Source: Nannocystis bainbridge
Lineage (GTDB): Bacteria > Myxococcota_A > Polyangia > Nannocystales > Nannocystaceae
Assembly (NCBI RefSeq): GCF_028368995.1
Contig: NZ_JAQNDL010000002.1
Location: 896,001-960,000 of the forward strand
DNA length: 64,000 bases
Direction of reading: 5' to 3'
This document shows positions 39,554 to 50,471 of the stretch, one piece after another. The notes beneath the pieces were generated by a model. The model was not told the origin of the DNA. It ran no database searches and saw only the letters and a list, made by a program, of their open reading frames with translations. The first letter of the stretch is position 1. Every line of letters starts with the position of its first letter. Made by a program: the position numbers and the translations under genes.

Positions 39554-40513
39554 TTAACTCTGCAGCTCCACGTGACCCATGCGCCGGAACTTGGCGTAGC
39601 GCCGCTCGAGGCGGTCCTCGACCGAGAGCGCGGCGAGCTCGCCGAAGTGGCGGCGCAGGGTGTCGTGGAGCGCCGCGGCGGTGCCCGGGAGGCCGCGGTG
39701 GGCGCCGCCCAGGGTCTCGGGCACGATCTCGTCGCAGATGCCGAGGCCGACCAGGTCCTGCGCGGTCATCTTGAGCTGCTCGGCGGCGATGCGCTCGGCC
39801 TCGGCGTCCTTCCACAGGATCGAGGCGCAGCCGCGCGGCGAGATGACCGAGTAGACCGCGTGCTCGAGCATGAGGATCCGGTCGGTGACGCCGATGGCCA
39901 GCGCGCCGCCGGAGCCGCCCTCGCCGATGACGACCGAGATCGAGGGCACGCGCAGGCCGGCCATCAGCTCGAGGCAGGTGGCGATGGCCTCGGCCTGGCC
40001 GCGCTCCTCGGCGCCGATGCCCGGGTAGGCGCCGGCGGTGTCGATGAGGCAGAGCAGCGGCAGGCGGAACTGGTCGGCCATCTTCATCAGCCGCTGGGCC
40101 TTGCGGTAGCCCTCGGGGCGCGCCATCCCGAAGTTGCGGTGGAGGTTCTCCTTGGTGTTGCGGCCCTTCTGCTGGCCGAGCACCACCACGGAGCGGCCGT
40201 CGAGGCGGGCGATGCCGCCGACGATCGCGGGGTCGTCACCAAAGGCGCGGTCGCCCTTGAGCTCGACGAAGTCGGTGAGCATCTCGCCGATGTAGTCGAG
40301 CGTGTAGGGGCGGTCGGGGTGCTTGGCCAGCTGCAGCTGCTCCCACGGCGTGAGCGTGGCGAACCGCTCGCGCTGCAGCTCGGCGGCCTTCTGCTCGAGC
40401 CTGGCGATCTCGTCGGCCATCTCGCCGCTGGCGCCGCTCAGATCCTTGAGCTCGCGGATCTTCGTCTCGAGCTCGACGATCGGGCGCTCGAACTCCAATA
40501 CTTTGCCGCTCAT
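39554..40513 (-). CDS. accA: Acetyl-CoA carboxylase carboxyltransferase alpha subunit
   Basis: LEFERPI, HPDRPYTLDY, PEGYRKA, GAEERGQAEAIA, GEGGSGGAL. Confidence 0.97.
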   Translation of the reverse strand: MSGKVLEFERPIVELETKIRELKDLSGASGEMADEIARLEQKAAELQRERFATLTPWEQLQLAKHPDRPYTLDYIGEMLTDFVELKGDRAFGDDPAIVGGIARLDGRSVVVLGQQKGRNTKENLHRNFGMARPEGYRKAQRLMKMADQFRLPLLCLIDTAGAYPGIGAEERGQAEAIATCLELMAGLRVPSISVVIGEGGSGGALAIGVTDRILMLEHAVYSVISPRGCASILWKDAEAERIAAEQLKMTAQDLVGLGICDEIVPETLGGAHRGLPGTAAALHDTLRRHFGELAALSVEDRLERRYAKFRRMGHVELQS

Positions 40514-41514
40514 GTCAGGTCCCCCGCGAGGAAGGCCGCGGCCTCGGCGGCGATGACGTCGGCCTCGCGCTCCAGCTCGACCTGGCCCATGAGCCAGATC
40601 GGCCGCGTGACCGCGATCCGGCGATCGACGGCCAGCTGGTGGCGGAAGTAGGTGCGCTGGCGCCGGGCGTAGCGCCGCGTCTGCTGCTTGATGGCAGCGA
40701 CGGCGTCGCCGAGGCTGAGGCCGGCGAGGTGATCGAGGATCTGGCGATAGCCGAGGCTTCCCATGGATCGATGGCGCGAATCATACCCAGCAGCGACGAG
40801 GTTGGACACCTCGGCGACGAGGCCCGCGCGGATCATCGCGTCGCAGCGGTCATCGATCGCGCGGTCGAGCGCGGTGTACTCGGGCTCGAGCACGACGGTG
40901 GCGAGGCGAGCTCGCGCACGCGGCGGGTCTTCGGCGCGGACGAGGCTCACGGGTCGATCATGCGCTTCGCACAGCCACAGGGCTCGCAGGGCGCGCACGA
41001 CGTTGCGCGGGTGGATCGCGGCGGCGGCTTCGGGATCACGGCGCTGCAGCTCCGCGTGCACGGCGCCCGCTCCCTCGCGCTCGCGTGCTTCCCACTGCGC
41101 GGTGAAGGCGGCGCGCCGCGGATCGCTCGCAGGGGCGTCGGCGACCGGATCGGCGCCGCTGTGCGTGTGCGTGACGGCGCGGAGGTAGAACCCGGTGCCG
41201 CCGGTGAACAGCCCTGGGCCGCGCGCGAGCAACTGCCAGGCGGACGACTGGTAATCTCCGGCGCTGAAGTCGGCGTCGGGATCGACGAGGTCGAGCAAGA
41301 AGTGCGGCACGCGCTCGCGCGTGGCCGCGTCGACCTTGGCGGAGCCGATGTCGAGGCCGCGATAGACCTGCACCGAGTCGCAGCAGAAGATCGGCAAGCG
41401 CAGGCGTTCGGCCAGCGCGACCGCGAGGCGTGATTTTCCAGACGCGGTCGGCCCGACGACGGCGAGCAGGCGCGGCAGATCGTGCGCGCGATCCATCGCG
41501 TCGTCGGCGGTCAT
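40510..41514 (-). CDS. miaA: tRNA dimethylallyltransferase
   Basis: GPTASGKS, DSVQVYRGLDIGSAK, GGTGFY, TRRYARRQRTYF; lies downstream of mutL. Confidence 0.95.
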   Translation of the reverse strand: MTADDAMDRAHDLPRLLAVVGPTASGKSRLAVALAERLRLPIFCCDSVQVYRGLDIGSAKVDAATRERVPHFLLDLVDPDADFSAGDYQSSAWQLLARGPGLFTGGTGFYLRAVTHTHSGADPVADAPASDPRRAAFTAQWEAREREGAGAVHAELQRRDPEAAAAIHPRNVVRALRALWLCEAHDRPVSLVRAEDPPRARARLATVVLEPEYTALDRAIDDRCDAMIRAGLVAEVSNLVAAGYDSRHRSMGSLGYRQILDHLAGLSLGDAVAAIKQQTRRYARRQRTYFRHQLAVDRRIAVTRPIWLMGQVELEREADVIAAEAAAFLAGDLT

Positions 41515-44500
41515 CCGCCTCCGAGCAGGGCGGAGCCGGTCCAGCGGCGGATCCCCGGCACCGACTCGAGCGCCGCGCCGGCGTCGACGAGCTCGGCGAG
41601 CCAGCGACGCGCGAGCCGGGGCGCCGGGTCGCCGCCGTGCGTGGTAGCGATCGCGTCGAGCAGCCCGCGTTCACGCGCCGCCCGGTCGCCGTCGGCGTCG
41701 CGGATCCGCAGCCACGGCACGATCCGGGCCACGAGGTCGGCGGCGTCGGCATCGTCGACGCAGTGGCGCAGGTGGGCCGGCACGCCGCGCACCACCACCG
41801 CGTCGTCGCCGAACACGTCGAGGTCGACGCCGAGGCCGAGCAGCTCGGCGCGCGCGGCCTGGATCAGCGCGACGTCGGCGGTCGGGCGCTGGACCACCGC
41901 CGGCGACAGCAGGCCCTGCACGGCGACGGCGCGGCGGCCGACCAGGTCGCGCTGCAGGCGGAGATAGACCAGGTGCGAGCGGACCCGCCGGAGGTCGACG
42001 GCCAGCAGCGCGTCGCGGTCGGCGAACACGGCCACCGGGCCCGGGAGGCAGGCGAGCAGGGCAGGGATGTCGGGCCGCGCGGTGGCGGCGCTGGCCTGTC
42101 CTCCGGGACCGGACTGTTCGCGCATGTCTCGCGGGACAGGTGCGTCGCCGGGCAGCAGCGCCAGCGAGGCCTCGCGCTCGGGCTCGGCCGGGCGCGGGGC
42201 GGCGCCATCGGGCCGCAGCGCGGCGGCGGCCTCCATCATCGAGCGCTTGTGGCGGTCGTAGCCGTGGTCGAGCGCGCGCGTGCTCAGGCGGTAGGCGCCG
42301 GGGCGCCGCTCGTCGGCCGCGGGCGCGGGCGCCGGCGCCGGGTCGGGCTGACGCTCGGACCAGCGCAGCAGCGGATCGGCGCTGGCGCGCAAGTCGGGTG
42401 GGAACTCGCCGTCGGCCCGCTCGATCCACGCGGCGGCGCGGTCGCGGGCCGGGTCGAGCTCGCCGACGGCGCCGGCGCGCGCCAGCCAGGCGAGGTCGTC
42501 GGGGGACATGTCCCCGGGGACAGGCACCTCGGGCCGCTCGCGGGCGGGACCGGTGCCCGAGGACATGTCCTGCGGGACAGGCGAGCGGAGCAGGGTGGGG
42601 CCGGCCGCGGGCGACATGTCCTCGGGGACAGGACGTGGGCTGGCCGAGGGCGCGGGGCTCGCGGATGGGTCCTCGGCGGGTCGAGCGGCTTGGCTACCCG
42701 AGGTTCGGGCAGCGACCGGATCGGCATCACCGGGGGTCGCTTGCTCGCGGTCCTGATCGGACCCGAATGGCATGTCCTGAGAGACATGTCCGAACGATCC
42801 GGGCCGAAGGGACATGTCCTCGGTGCCAGGTCGACCCGGGCCTGGCGCGGGCTCGCGGGACGAGTGCCGGGCGGCATCCGGATCGGCCAGGTCGAGGTCC
42901 CAGCCGGCGTCGCCCGTCGGCGCCGCCACGGTCGGCCCGGCGCCGGTCCGTCGCGCCGGCTCGGGGGCGGACGTGGCGAGCGCGGTCTCGACGAGCGGGC
43001 GGCGGGTGGCGTCGACCGAGGCCTCGGCGCGGCTCAGCCAGGCCTCGGCCTCGGCGCGGCGCCCGGCCGCCGCGGCTGCCGCTGCCTGCTGGGCGCGGCG
43101 GACGGCGGGGCCGGGCGCGTCGGACTCGAGGTCGTCGGCGCGACGCGGCGAGCTCGAAGACGTCTCGTCGCCAGCAGGAGCGCCGTCGTGGGCGTGCGTG
43201 GCCCTCGGAGCACCCGCGGAGACGTCGCGGCTCGCGTCGTCCCGCTGCGAGCGCGGGGGATCGCCCTCGTCGTCCGGGTCGTCGTCCTGCTCCTCCGGCG
43301 TCTCGCCGGCGTGCGGGCGCGCGGGGCGACGGCGCGGGTGTCCAGCGCCTTGTGCCTCGTCCTCGCGCGGGTCGCCGACGCGGACCGGCGCGAAGCCGAT
43401 CGGGATCGCGCCGCCGCGGCCGGGGGGCACGCCGGTCGCGCGCGGGGTCTCGCTCGCGGCTGGCGCATCGGACATGTTCGTAGCGACCTGTCCCGAAAGA
43501 CCGGCGAGTTCGCCGGCCCACGGCGCGGCGGCCACGGCGGCGGCGAGGATCCGGCGCACGGCCGCGTAGACCTGCTGCGGCTCGCTGAAGCGGACCTCGG
43601 CCTTTTGCGGGTGGACGTTGACGTCGACGGCGCCGCTGGGCGGCTCGACGAACAGGCAGGCCGAGGGGGCCTCTCCACCGAGGCCGTAGGCCTGGGTGAG
43701 GATCTGCGCCAGGCTGCGCTCCCGCACCACGCGCTGGCGGGTGATGAGGTAGGGGCTGCCGCGACCGCGGGCGGCGGCGGTCGGGTGGGGCAGGAAGGCT
43801 TCGACGCGGATGCCGTCGTCCTCGCCGCGGAAGGCGAAGAACGGGCCGCCGACGCGGCGCTCGAGCACCTGGGCGACGCGGCCCTCGCGGGTGGTCCGCG
43901 GCAAGTTGAGCAGCTCGCGCTTGCCGTGGCGCAGGGTGAAGTGGACGCCCGGGTGGACGATGGCGAGGCGCAGCAGGGTGTCGCTGCAGTGGCCGACCTC
44001 GGTCGCCTCGGCGCGCATGAACTTGCGCCGGGCGGGCAGGTTGGCGAACAGCGCGTGCACGTCGATCTGGGTCCCGACCGGCATGCCGGCCGGGGTGAGG
44101 ACGGGGGCCTCGCCAGGGATCCCGTGCAGGTGCACGCCGACGGCCGCGCCGGGCTGGCGGCTGCGCAGGTCGACGCGCGCGACCGCGGCGACGCTGGCGA
44201 GCGCCTCGCCGCGGAAGCCGAGAGTGACGATGTCGGCGATGTCGGCCGCGTGCCGCAGCTTGCTGGTGGCGTGGCGGGTGACGGCGAGCAGGAGGTCGTC
44301 AGGGTGGATCCCGCGGCCGTTGTCGCGGACGGAGATCCGGGCCATGCCGCCGTCCTCGAGCTCGACGTCGACGCGGGTCGCGCCGGCGTCGAGGCTGTTG
44401 TCGACCAGCTCCTTGATGACCGAGGCGGGCCGCTCGACGACCTCGCCGGCGGCGATCTGGTCGATCACCAGGGCGCCGAGCACGGCGATCCGTCCGGAGG

Positions 44501-44516
44501 GCGCGGGCGAATTCAC
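41511..44516 (-). CDS. mutL: DNA mismatch repair protein MutL with greatly expanded linker
   Basis: QIAAGEVVERPASVIKELVDNSLDAGA, HATSK, GFRGEAL, DVNVHPQKAEV; about 1001 aa; mutL-miaA synteny. Confidence 0.92.
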   Translation of the reverse strand: MNSPAPSGRIAVLGALVIDQIAAGEVVERPASVIKELVDNSLDAGATRVDVELEDGGMARISVRDNGRGIHPDDLLLAVTRHATSKLRHAADIADIVTLGFRGEALASVAAVARVDLRSRQPGAAVGVHLHGIPGEAPVLTPAGMPVGTQIDVHALFANLPARRKFMRAEATEVGHCSDTLLRLAIVHPGVHFTLRHGKRELLNLPRTTREGRVAQVLERRVGGPFFAFRGEDDGIRVEAFLPHPTAAARGRGSPYLITRQRVVRERSLAQILTQAYGLGGEAPSACLFVEPPSGAVDVNVHPQKAEVRFSEPQQVYAAVRRILAAAVAAAPWAGELAGLSGQVATNMSDAPAASETPRATGVPPGRGGAIPIGFAPVRVGDPREDEAQGAGHPRRRPARPHAGETPEEQDDDPDDEGDPPRSQRDDASRDVSAGAPRATHAHDGAPAGDETSSSSPRRADDLESDAPGPAVRRAQQAAAAAAAGRRAEAEAWLSRAEASVDATRRPLVETALATSAPEPARRTGAGPTVAAPTGDAGWDLDLADPDAARHSSREPAPGPGRPGTEDMSLRPGSFGHVSQDMPFGSDQDREQATPGDADPVAARTSGSQAARPAEDPSASPAPSASPRPVPEDMSPAAGPTLLRSPVPQDMSSGTGPARERPEVPVPGDMSPDDLAWLARAGAVGELDPARDRAAAWIERADGEFPPDLRASADPLLRWSERQPDPAPAPAPAADERRPGAYRLSTRALDHGYDRHKRSMMEAAAALRPDGAAPRPAEPEREASLALLPGDAPVPRDMREQSGPGGQASAATARPDIPALLACLPGPVAVFADRDALLAVDLRRVRSHLVYLRLQRDLVGRRAVAVQGLLSPAVVQRPTADVALIQAARAELLGLGVDLDVFGDDAVVVRGVPAHLRHCVDDADAADLVARIVPWLRIRDADGDRAARERGLLDAIATTHGGDPAPRLARRWLAELVDAGAALESVPGIRRWTGSALLGGG
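42503..42830. repeat. Cluster of 14-bp units within the mutL linker
   Basis: Junction pairs 42507/42521, 42564/42578, 42615/42629; run 42771, 42785, (42799), 42813, 42827; more near 42123 and 43473. Confidence 0.85.
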
Positions 44517-44624
44517 GCGGGTTAGTTAGGCCGACCGGAGGCCGCCGCGCAAGGCCCCCGCGCGGGCGCGCCCACCGCGGGGCCGGCAGCGATAGGGTCG
44601 GGGACCACCCCCGAGGCATCTGCG

Positions 44625-44909
44625 ATGGATCTCCGCGCGTTCTTTACGACCTTCGGTCTCGTGTTCCTCGCCGAGCTGGGCGACAAGACCCAGCTCACCA
44701 CCATGAGCATGGCGGCGTCGAGCGGCCGCCGCTGGCTGGTGTTCGCCGCGTCGGCGCTGGCGCTGGTGCTGTCGAGCCTCGTCGCGGTGCTGGCCGGCGA
44801 GTGGCTGCGCACCCGCGTCGAGCCGGTGATGATCGAGCGCGTCGCCGGGGCGCTGTTCGTGATCCTCGGCGGCTGGATGCTGGCGGCCACGTTCGTGGCC
44901 AAGACCTGA
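44625..44909 (+). CDS. TMEM165/GDT1 (UPF0016) family protein
   Basis: FLAELGDKTQL signature, three TM helices. Confidence 0.92.
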   Translation: MDLRAFFTTFGLVFLAELGDKTQLTTMSMAASSGRRWLVFAASALALVLSSLVAVLAGEWLRTRVEPVMIERVAGALFVILGGWMLAATFVAKT

Positions 44910-44913
44910 GGCG

Positions 44914-44936
44914 CGGGCGACCGCGAGTCGCCCGCC
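44914..44936. terminator. GC-rich hairpin between convergent genes
   Basis: gcgggcgac-cgcga-gtcgcccgc inverted repeat; no U tract. Confidence 0.4.
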
Positions 44937-44953
44937 TCGAACCGCGGCGCGGA

Positions 44954-45838
<885 letters not shown>

Positions 45839-46123
45839 AAGCCCGCGGCAGTCCTCGAGGGGGCCCCCCTCTGCGGCGGTCAAATTACCAGAGCCGGGCA
45901 ACGACGCGGAGCGCGAGGGGTGATTCTGGTGCGACGCAGTCTGGAGATGTAGGCTCGTTATGGCGCCCTCGGGCCTGCACCCCCCGTCTCAGGTCACGTC
46001 GTGTAAGTGACCGAAATGAAAGGGTTATTGAGCCGATGTGGCGGCCGGCGCGCGGGCTCCGTAGCCGTCGTGATCCGGCGAAATTTTGCCGAGCCCGCAG
46101 GGGCGCTGCTATGACCAGCCGAC

Positions 46124-47686
46124 ATGTCGGCCCCCAACACCCGACTCAGCGGTCTCGGCGCGCTCTTCTTCGTCGGCACTCTCGGCGCCATCGCATTCTA
46201 CGTGCAGCGCCAGGAGGTCCCGGAGACGCACGACGTGGTGCGGACCGCGGCGACGGGGACGCAGGCGGCGCCAGAGGAGGCGCCGGTGGCCGCGTTGCCG
46301 TGGCAGGACCGGCTCGACCTCACGGCCGTGACGCCCGCCCCGCTCGGGGCCGACGCGCCGGCGCCGACCCGGGCGGCGAAGACCGCGGATCCGGATTTCC
46401 CGACGCTGGCCACCGATTTGGCGCGCACGCGCCTGGTCCAGGAGCTGAGCGACGGCCACCGGATCCTCTACACGCTCGATCCGGTGCTTCAGGACGCGGC
46501 GCTGCAGATCTTCCGCAACCGCGAGGTGCCATACGCGGCCGCGGTGGTGCTCGACGTGCGCGACAACGCGGTGCTCGCGCTGGCCGGCCACTCGAGCATG
46601 GACCCCGAGGTCGACCCGCTCGAGATCGTGACCACGGCCTGGGCGCCGGCGGCGTCGACGTTCAAGCTGGTGACCGCGGCGTCGCTGCTGGCCAACAAGC
46701 ACGTCAACAACAAGACGCGGGTGTGCTTCAGCGGCGGCCTCCACGGCATCACCGACGACCTGCTGCTCGACGACCCGCGCCGCGACGAGCGCTGCGACGA
46801 CCTCGGCGGGGCCGTCGCGCACAGCCACAACGTCGTGATCGCCAAGCTCGCGCTCAAGCACCTCAGCGCCGACGCGCTGCAGGCGACGGTGCGCTCGTTC
46901 AAGTTCGACAGCGACATCCCGTTCGAATTCCCGGTCGAGCGCTCGCCGGCGCTGATCCCGGCCGACGCCAAGGAGCGGGCCAAGGTCGCGGCCGGGTTCT
47001 GGCACGTCGACATGAGCCCGCTGCACGGGGCGCTGCTCGCCAGCGTGTTCGCGCGCGACGGCGTGTACCAGGCGCCGCACGTCATCTCGCAGGTGCTCGG
47101 GCCCGACGGCACCGACCGCACGCCGTCGCTGCCGAAGACCGAGCGCGTGCTGACGAAGGACGTCGCCGAGGCGGTCGGCGCGATGATGGTGCGCACCACC
47201 ACCGAGGGCACCGCGCGCGCGAGCTTCGTCGACCGTCAGGGCACCTCGTACATCGCCGACGTGCAGGTCGCCGGCAAGACCGGCAGCCTCACCGGCAAGC
47301 GCGCCCCGGGCCTCAACTACAACTGGTTCGTCGGCTACGCGCCGGCCGACCGCCCGGAGATCGCGTTCGCGGTGCTCCTCGCCAACGAGCCGAAGTGGCA
47401 GATCAAGGCCCACTACGCGGCGCGTCGGCTGGTCCAGATCTACGCCCAGCGGCGCGACGCGATCGCCGAGCACCGCGTCGCCAAGCTGACGAAGAAGGGC
47501 GTCGAGCTGCCGGTCGAGGGCAAGAAGCCGGCGCCCGCGACGAGCCCGAGCAAGCCCGCGCCGGCCGACGCCGTGGCCGCGCGCAAGCCCCCGGCCACTC
47601 GTCAGGACCCTGACGCGCTGCCGCCGGTGCCCGGTCCTGTCGCAAGGCCGCAGGCCGCGAGCGGCAAGGCGCCGAGCGGCGTCTGA
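46124..47686 (+). CDS. Penicillin-binding protein, transpeptidase domain
   Basis: N-terminal TM, SxxK (STFK), SxN (SHN), KTG. Confidence 0.88.
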   Translation: MSAPNTRLSGLGALFFVGTLGAIAFYVQRQEVPETHDVVRTAATGTQAAPEEAPVAALPWQDRLDLTAVTPAPLGADAPAPTRAAKTADPDFPTLATDLARTRLVQELSDGHRILYTLDPVLQDAALQIFRNREVPYAAAVVLDVRDNAVLALAGHSSMDPEVDPLEIVTTAWAPAASTFKLVTAASLLANKHVNNKTRVCFSGGLHGITDDLLLDDPRRDERCDDLGGAVAHSHNVVIAKLALKHLSADALQATVRSFKFDSDIPFEFPVERSPALIPADAKERAKVAAGFWHVDMSPLHGALLASVFARDGVYQAPHVISQVLGPDGTDRTPSLPKTERVLTKDVAEAVGAMMVRTTTEGTARASFVDRQGTSYIADVQVAGKTGSLTGKRAPGLNYNWFVGYAPADRPEIAFAVLLANEPKWQIKAHYAARRLVQIYAQRRDAIAEHRVAKLTKKGVELPVEGKKPAPATSPSKPAPADAVAARKPPATRQDPDALPPVPGPVARPQAASGKAPSGV

Positions 47687-47741
47687 GGGCGCGGCCGCGT
47701 GCACCCTTGCGCGCCCGCCCGCCGCGCCGGAAGATGAGCGC

Positions 47742-48959
47742 GTGCGAGTCAGCGCCGTCGCCGTCCCCCGCGCGTCTCGCAAGTGTCGCTCAGGACATGT
47801 CCGATGGGCCATGTCCCTCGGGCTAGGTCTCTCGATCTGGCTCTCGGGACAGCCGGCGATCGCGGCCCCGGCGGCGCCGGCGACCGCGGCGCGGGCGGCG
47901 TTCGAGGCCGGCGCCAAGGCGTTCGCCGCCGGCGACTACGAGCGCGCGCTGGCGGAGTTCGAGCGGGCGATGGCGCTGCGGCCGTCGCCGAAGATCCACT
48001 ACAACATCGGCGTGTGTCGCCAGCAGTTGATGCTCGCGGCCCAGGAGCGGGGCGATGTCGCGGCCGAGTCGCTGCACGCGGCCGCGGCGGTCGAGGCGTA
48101 CAAGGCGTACCTGCGCGAGGTGCCGGACGCGGACGATCGCGGCGAGGTCGAGGCGACGATCCGCGATCTCGGCGGGACGCCGCAATTTCAGCTCAAACCC
48201 CTCCCATCGCCGCGCGGCGAGGGGACACCTGTCGGACGCGAGGACGCGGCGACGTCACCCGCACCTGTCCCCGAGTCGCCGCCGGTGCCTGTCCCCGATC
48301 CGTCGCCCGTGGCTCCACTGCCGTCCGGGGCGGACGCGCGCGAGTCGACGCCGCCGCCGGCCGCAGTAACACCGTTGTTCCGCGGTCGCGTCGGCGCGAC
48401 CTTCGGACTTAACGGTCAACCGCAAGTCGGCACGTCGCGGCTCGACGGCGCGGTGCAGGGCTTCGCGATGGCGCGGCTCGGCGGCTTCCTCGGCGCGCGA
48501 CGTCGGGTCTACATCGGCGGCGCCGGCTTGCTCGCGGGGGCCGCCGTGACGGCGAACGACAAGCTCGCCCTGCACATGCAAGCGGTGCTGCTCGACCTCG
48601 AGTACGCGCATCCGGTCGGTCGTGCGCGGCGCTTCGAGATCGTTGGCGGCGGGTTCCTCGTCCTCGCGCGCGAGGCTCTGCGGATCCGCGCGGAGGGGCA
48701 ACGTCCGGTGTGTGCGGCGCATTCCAGCGGAGGCCTCGTCAGCCAGCGGGGCGGGGCGGGCGCGGGTGGACGGGTCGGTTTCCACGTGCTACTTGGAGCG
48801 CGCAAAAACCACGAGCTCGGCGTGCGACTCTCCTCCGCAATTCTCGGCTTTGGACAGGGCACGGCGGCCGCCGGCTGCGAGCCGTCGTTCTCCCAGCTCG
48901 ATGTCCCGAGAGCCAGGTGGCTCGTCCTCGTCGACTCGGGTTACTCGTTCCGATTCTAG
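47742..48959 (+). CDS. Secreted TPR protein with C-terminal beta-rich (outer-membrane-like) domain
   Basis: Signal-like segment, TPR (GDYERALAEFERAMALRP...YNIGVC), Pro-rich linker, C-terminal YSFRF; 14-bp units at 47784-47824 overlap the 5' end; start uncertain. Confidence 0.7.
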   Translation: MRVSAVAVPRASRKCRSGHVRWAMSLGLGLSIWLSGQPAIAAPAAPATAARAAFEAGAKAFAAGDYERALAEFERAMALRPSPKIHYNIGVCRQQLMLAAQERGDVAAESLHAAAAVEAYKAYLREVPDADDRGEVEATIRDLGGTPQFQLKPLPSPRGEGTPVGREDAATSPAPVPESPPVPVPDPSPVAPLPSGADARESTPPPAAVTPLFRGRVGATFGLNGQPQVGTSRLDGAVQGFAMARLGGFLGARRRVYIGGAGLLAGAAVTANDKLALHMQAVLLDLEYAHPVGRARRFEIVGGGFLVLAREALRIRAEGQRPVCAAHSSGGLVSQRGGAGAGGRVGFHVLLGARKNHELGVRLSSAILGFGQGTAAAGCEPSFSQLDVPRARWLVLVDSGYSFRF

Positions 48960-48971
48960 GTCGAACATGGT

Positions 48972-50447
48972 GTGTACCCCGCGACAGCGTGGCGCCCGGA
49001 GGCGGCACGCATGACTGCCTCCGGCGCTGGACAGTTCTACAGCTGGCTCGAAGAGGCCGTGCCGCGCGCGGGCAGTCAGCGCTCGCTCGACAGTCAGGAC
49101 ACGACGCTCAGCCGCCGCGGGCTCATCATCCGCGCCGACAAGCGGGCGCGCGAGCTGGTCGGCCTCAAGATCGGGGCCGGCGACGTGGTCGCCCTCAGCA
49201 TGGGCAACGTGGCCGAGTTCGTGATCCTGCTGCTCGCGGTCAGCAAGCTCGGCGCGATCGCTATGCCCATCGATCCGGCCAACGGCGATCGCAGCCTGCT
49301 CGCGGCGGCGCGACGGATCCCGATCCGCGCCGTGCTCCGGCGCCCGCGCGGGCTCGAGAACTCGCCGCTCGAGTACCCCGAGGGCTACGTGCTGCACTCG
49401 CGGCGCAAGCTCAGCGGGTCGCTGCTCGAGGTCGACGTGCTCGAGCCGCCGTCCGACCTGCGCTCGGCTGTCCCCGGGGACACGGAGTTCGTGCTCGAGG
49501 CCGTGAGCCCCAACGGGGCCGTGCACGACATCTTCCGCAGCGGCGCGCACCTGAAGTGGATCGGCGAGACGGCAGCGGCGCGGCTCGAGCTCGGCGCCGG
49601 GACCCACCTCGCCTGCTCGCAGGCGTTCACCAGCCCGCGCTTCTTCGACGCGGTGGTGCTCGGCTGGCTGGCCTCCGAGGCGCGCCTGGCCATGGCCGAC
49701 AACCCGACGCTCGAGTCGGTGCTGCCGCCGCCCGGCACCTACGAGCGGCTGGTGGTCGTCGACCTCCTCTATTCGCTGCAACGCACCGCGCGCGCGATCA
49801 AGGCCGCGGGGGCCGAGCGCGAGCTGCTGGCCGTGATTCCCCAGGCCACGATCGCGACCTCGCACGGCAAGCTGCTCAAGCAAGTGTTCGGCGCGCCGCC
49901 GGTGCAGCTGCTGTGCCTCGAGGAGATCGGGATCCTCGGCACCCGCGTGATGGCCCGCGGCGAGCGCTTCGAGCCGTCGCCCGGCGTCGAGCTGCGCCCC
50001 GGCAAGGCCGGCGACGGCGGCCACGAGGTGCTCGCGCGCTCGCCTCACCCGGTGCGCACGCGCCCGCTGCTGGCCGCAGGTGAGCCCGGCGGTCCGGTCG
50101 CCGGCGAGACCGCGTGGATCCACACCGGCTACGCCGGCCACTTCGGCGCCGCCGGCTCGCTCGGCGAGGTACCTGGCCGCACGGACAGCCTCGTCAACCT
50201 CGAGGGCCGGCGCGCCAGCCTGCGCAGCATCGAGGCCGCGATGCGCAAGCACCGGCGGATCACCGAGGCCGAGGCCGAGGTCGACTACGACGTCGACGGC
50301 AACCCGTTCGTCCACCTGCGCTACCGCGCCACCGGCTCGACCGGCCTCGACGACCTCGAGGAGTTCATGGTCGCCGAGCTGCCGCCGTACCTGGTCCCGC
50401 GCGAGCACACGCGCATCGACCCGCCGCCTCCGGAAGACGAGAACTGA
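48972..50447 (+). CDS. Divergent AMP-binding (ANL superfamily)-like protein
   Basis: GDVVAL...LGAIAMPID, WIHTGYAG, GRTDSLVNLEGRR, LPPYLVPR; the canonical SGTTGxPK loop is not recognisable. Confidence 0.7.
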   Translation: MYPATAWRPEAARMTASGAGQFYSWLEEAVPRAGSQRSLDSQDTTLSRRGLIIRADKRARELVGLKIGAGDVVALSMGNVAEFVILLLAVSKLGAIAMPIDPANGDRSLLAAARRIPIRAVLRRPRGLENSPLEYPEGYVLHSRRKLSGSLLEVDVLEPPSDLRSAVPGDTEFVLEAVSPNGAVHDIFRSGAHLKWIGETAAARLELGAGTHLACSQAFTSPRFFDAVVLGWLASEARLAMADNPTLESVLPPPGTYERLVVVDLLYSLQRTARAIKAAGAERELLAVIPQATIATSHGKLLKQVFGAPPVQLLCLEEIGILGTRVMARGERFEPSPGVELRPGKAGDGGHEVLARSPHPVRTRPLLAAGEPGGPVAGETAWIHTGYAGHFGAAGSLGEVPGRTDSLVNLEGRRASLRSIEAAMRKHRRITEAEAEVDYDVDGNPFVHLRYRATGSTGLDDLEEFMVAELPPYLVPREHTRIDPPPPEDEN

Positions 50448-50471
50448 GCGGCCCGCGAGGGCGGTGCCCTG

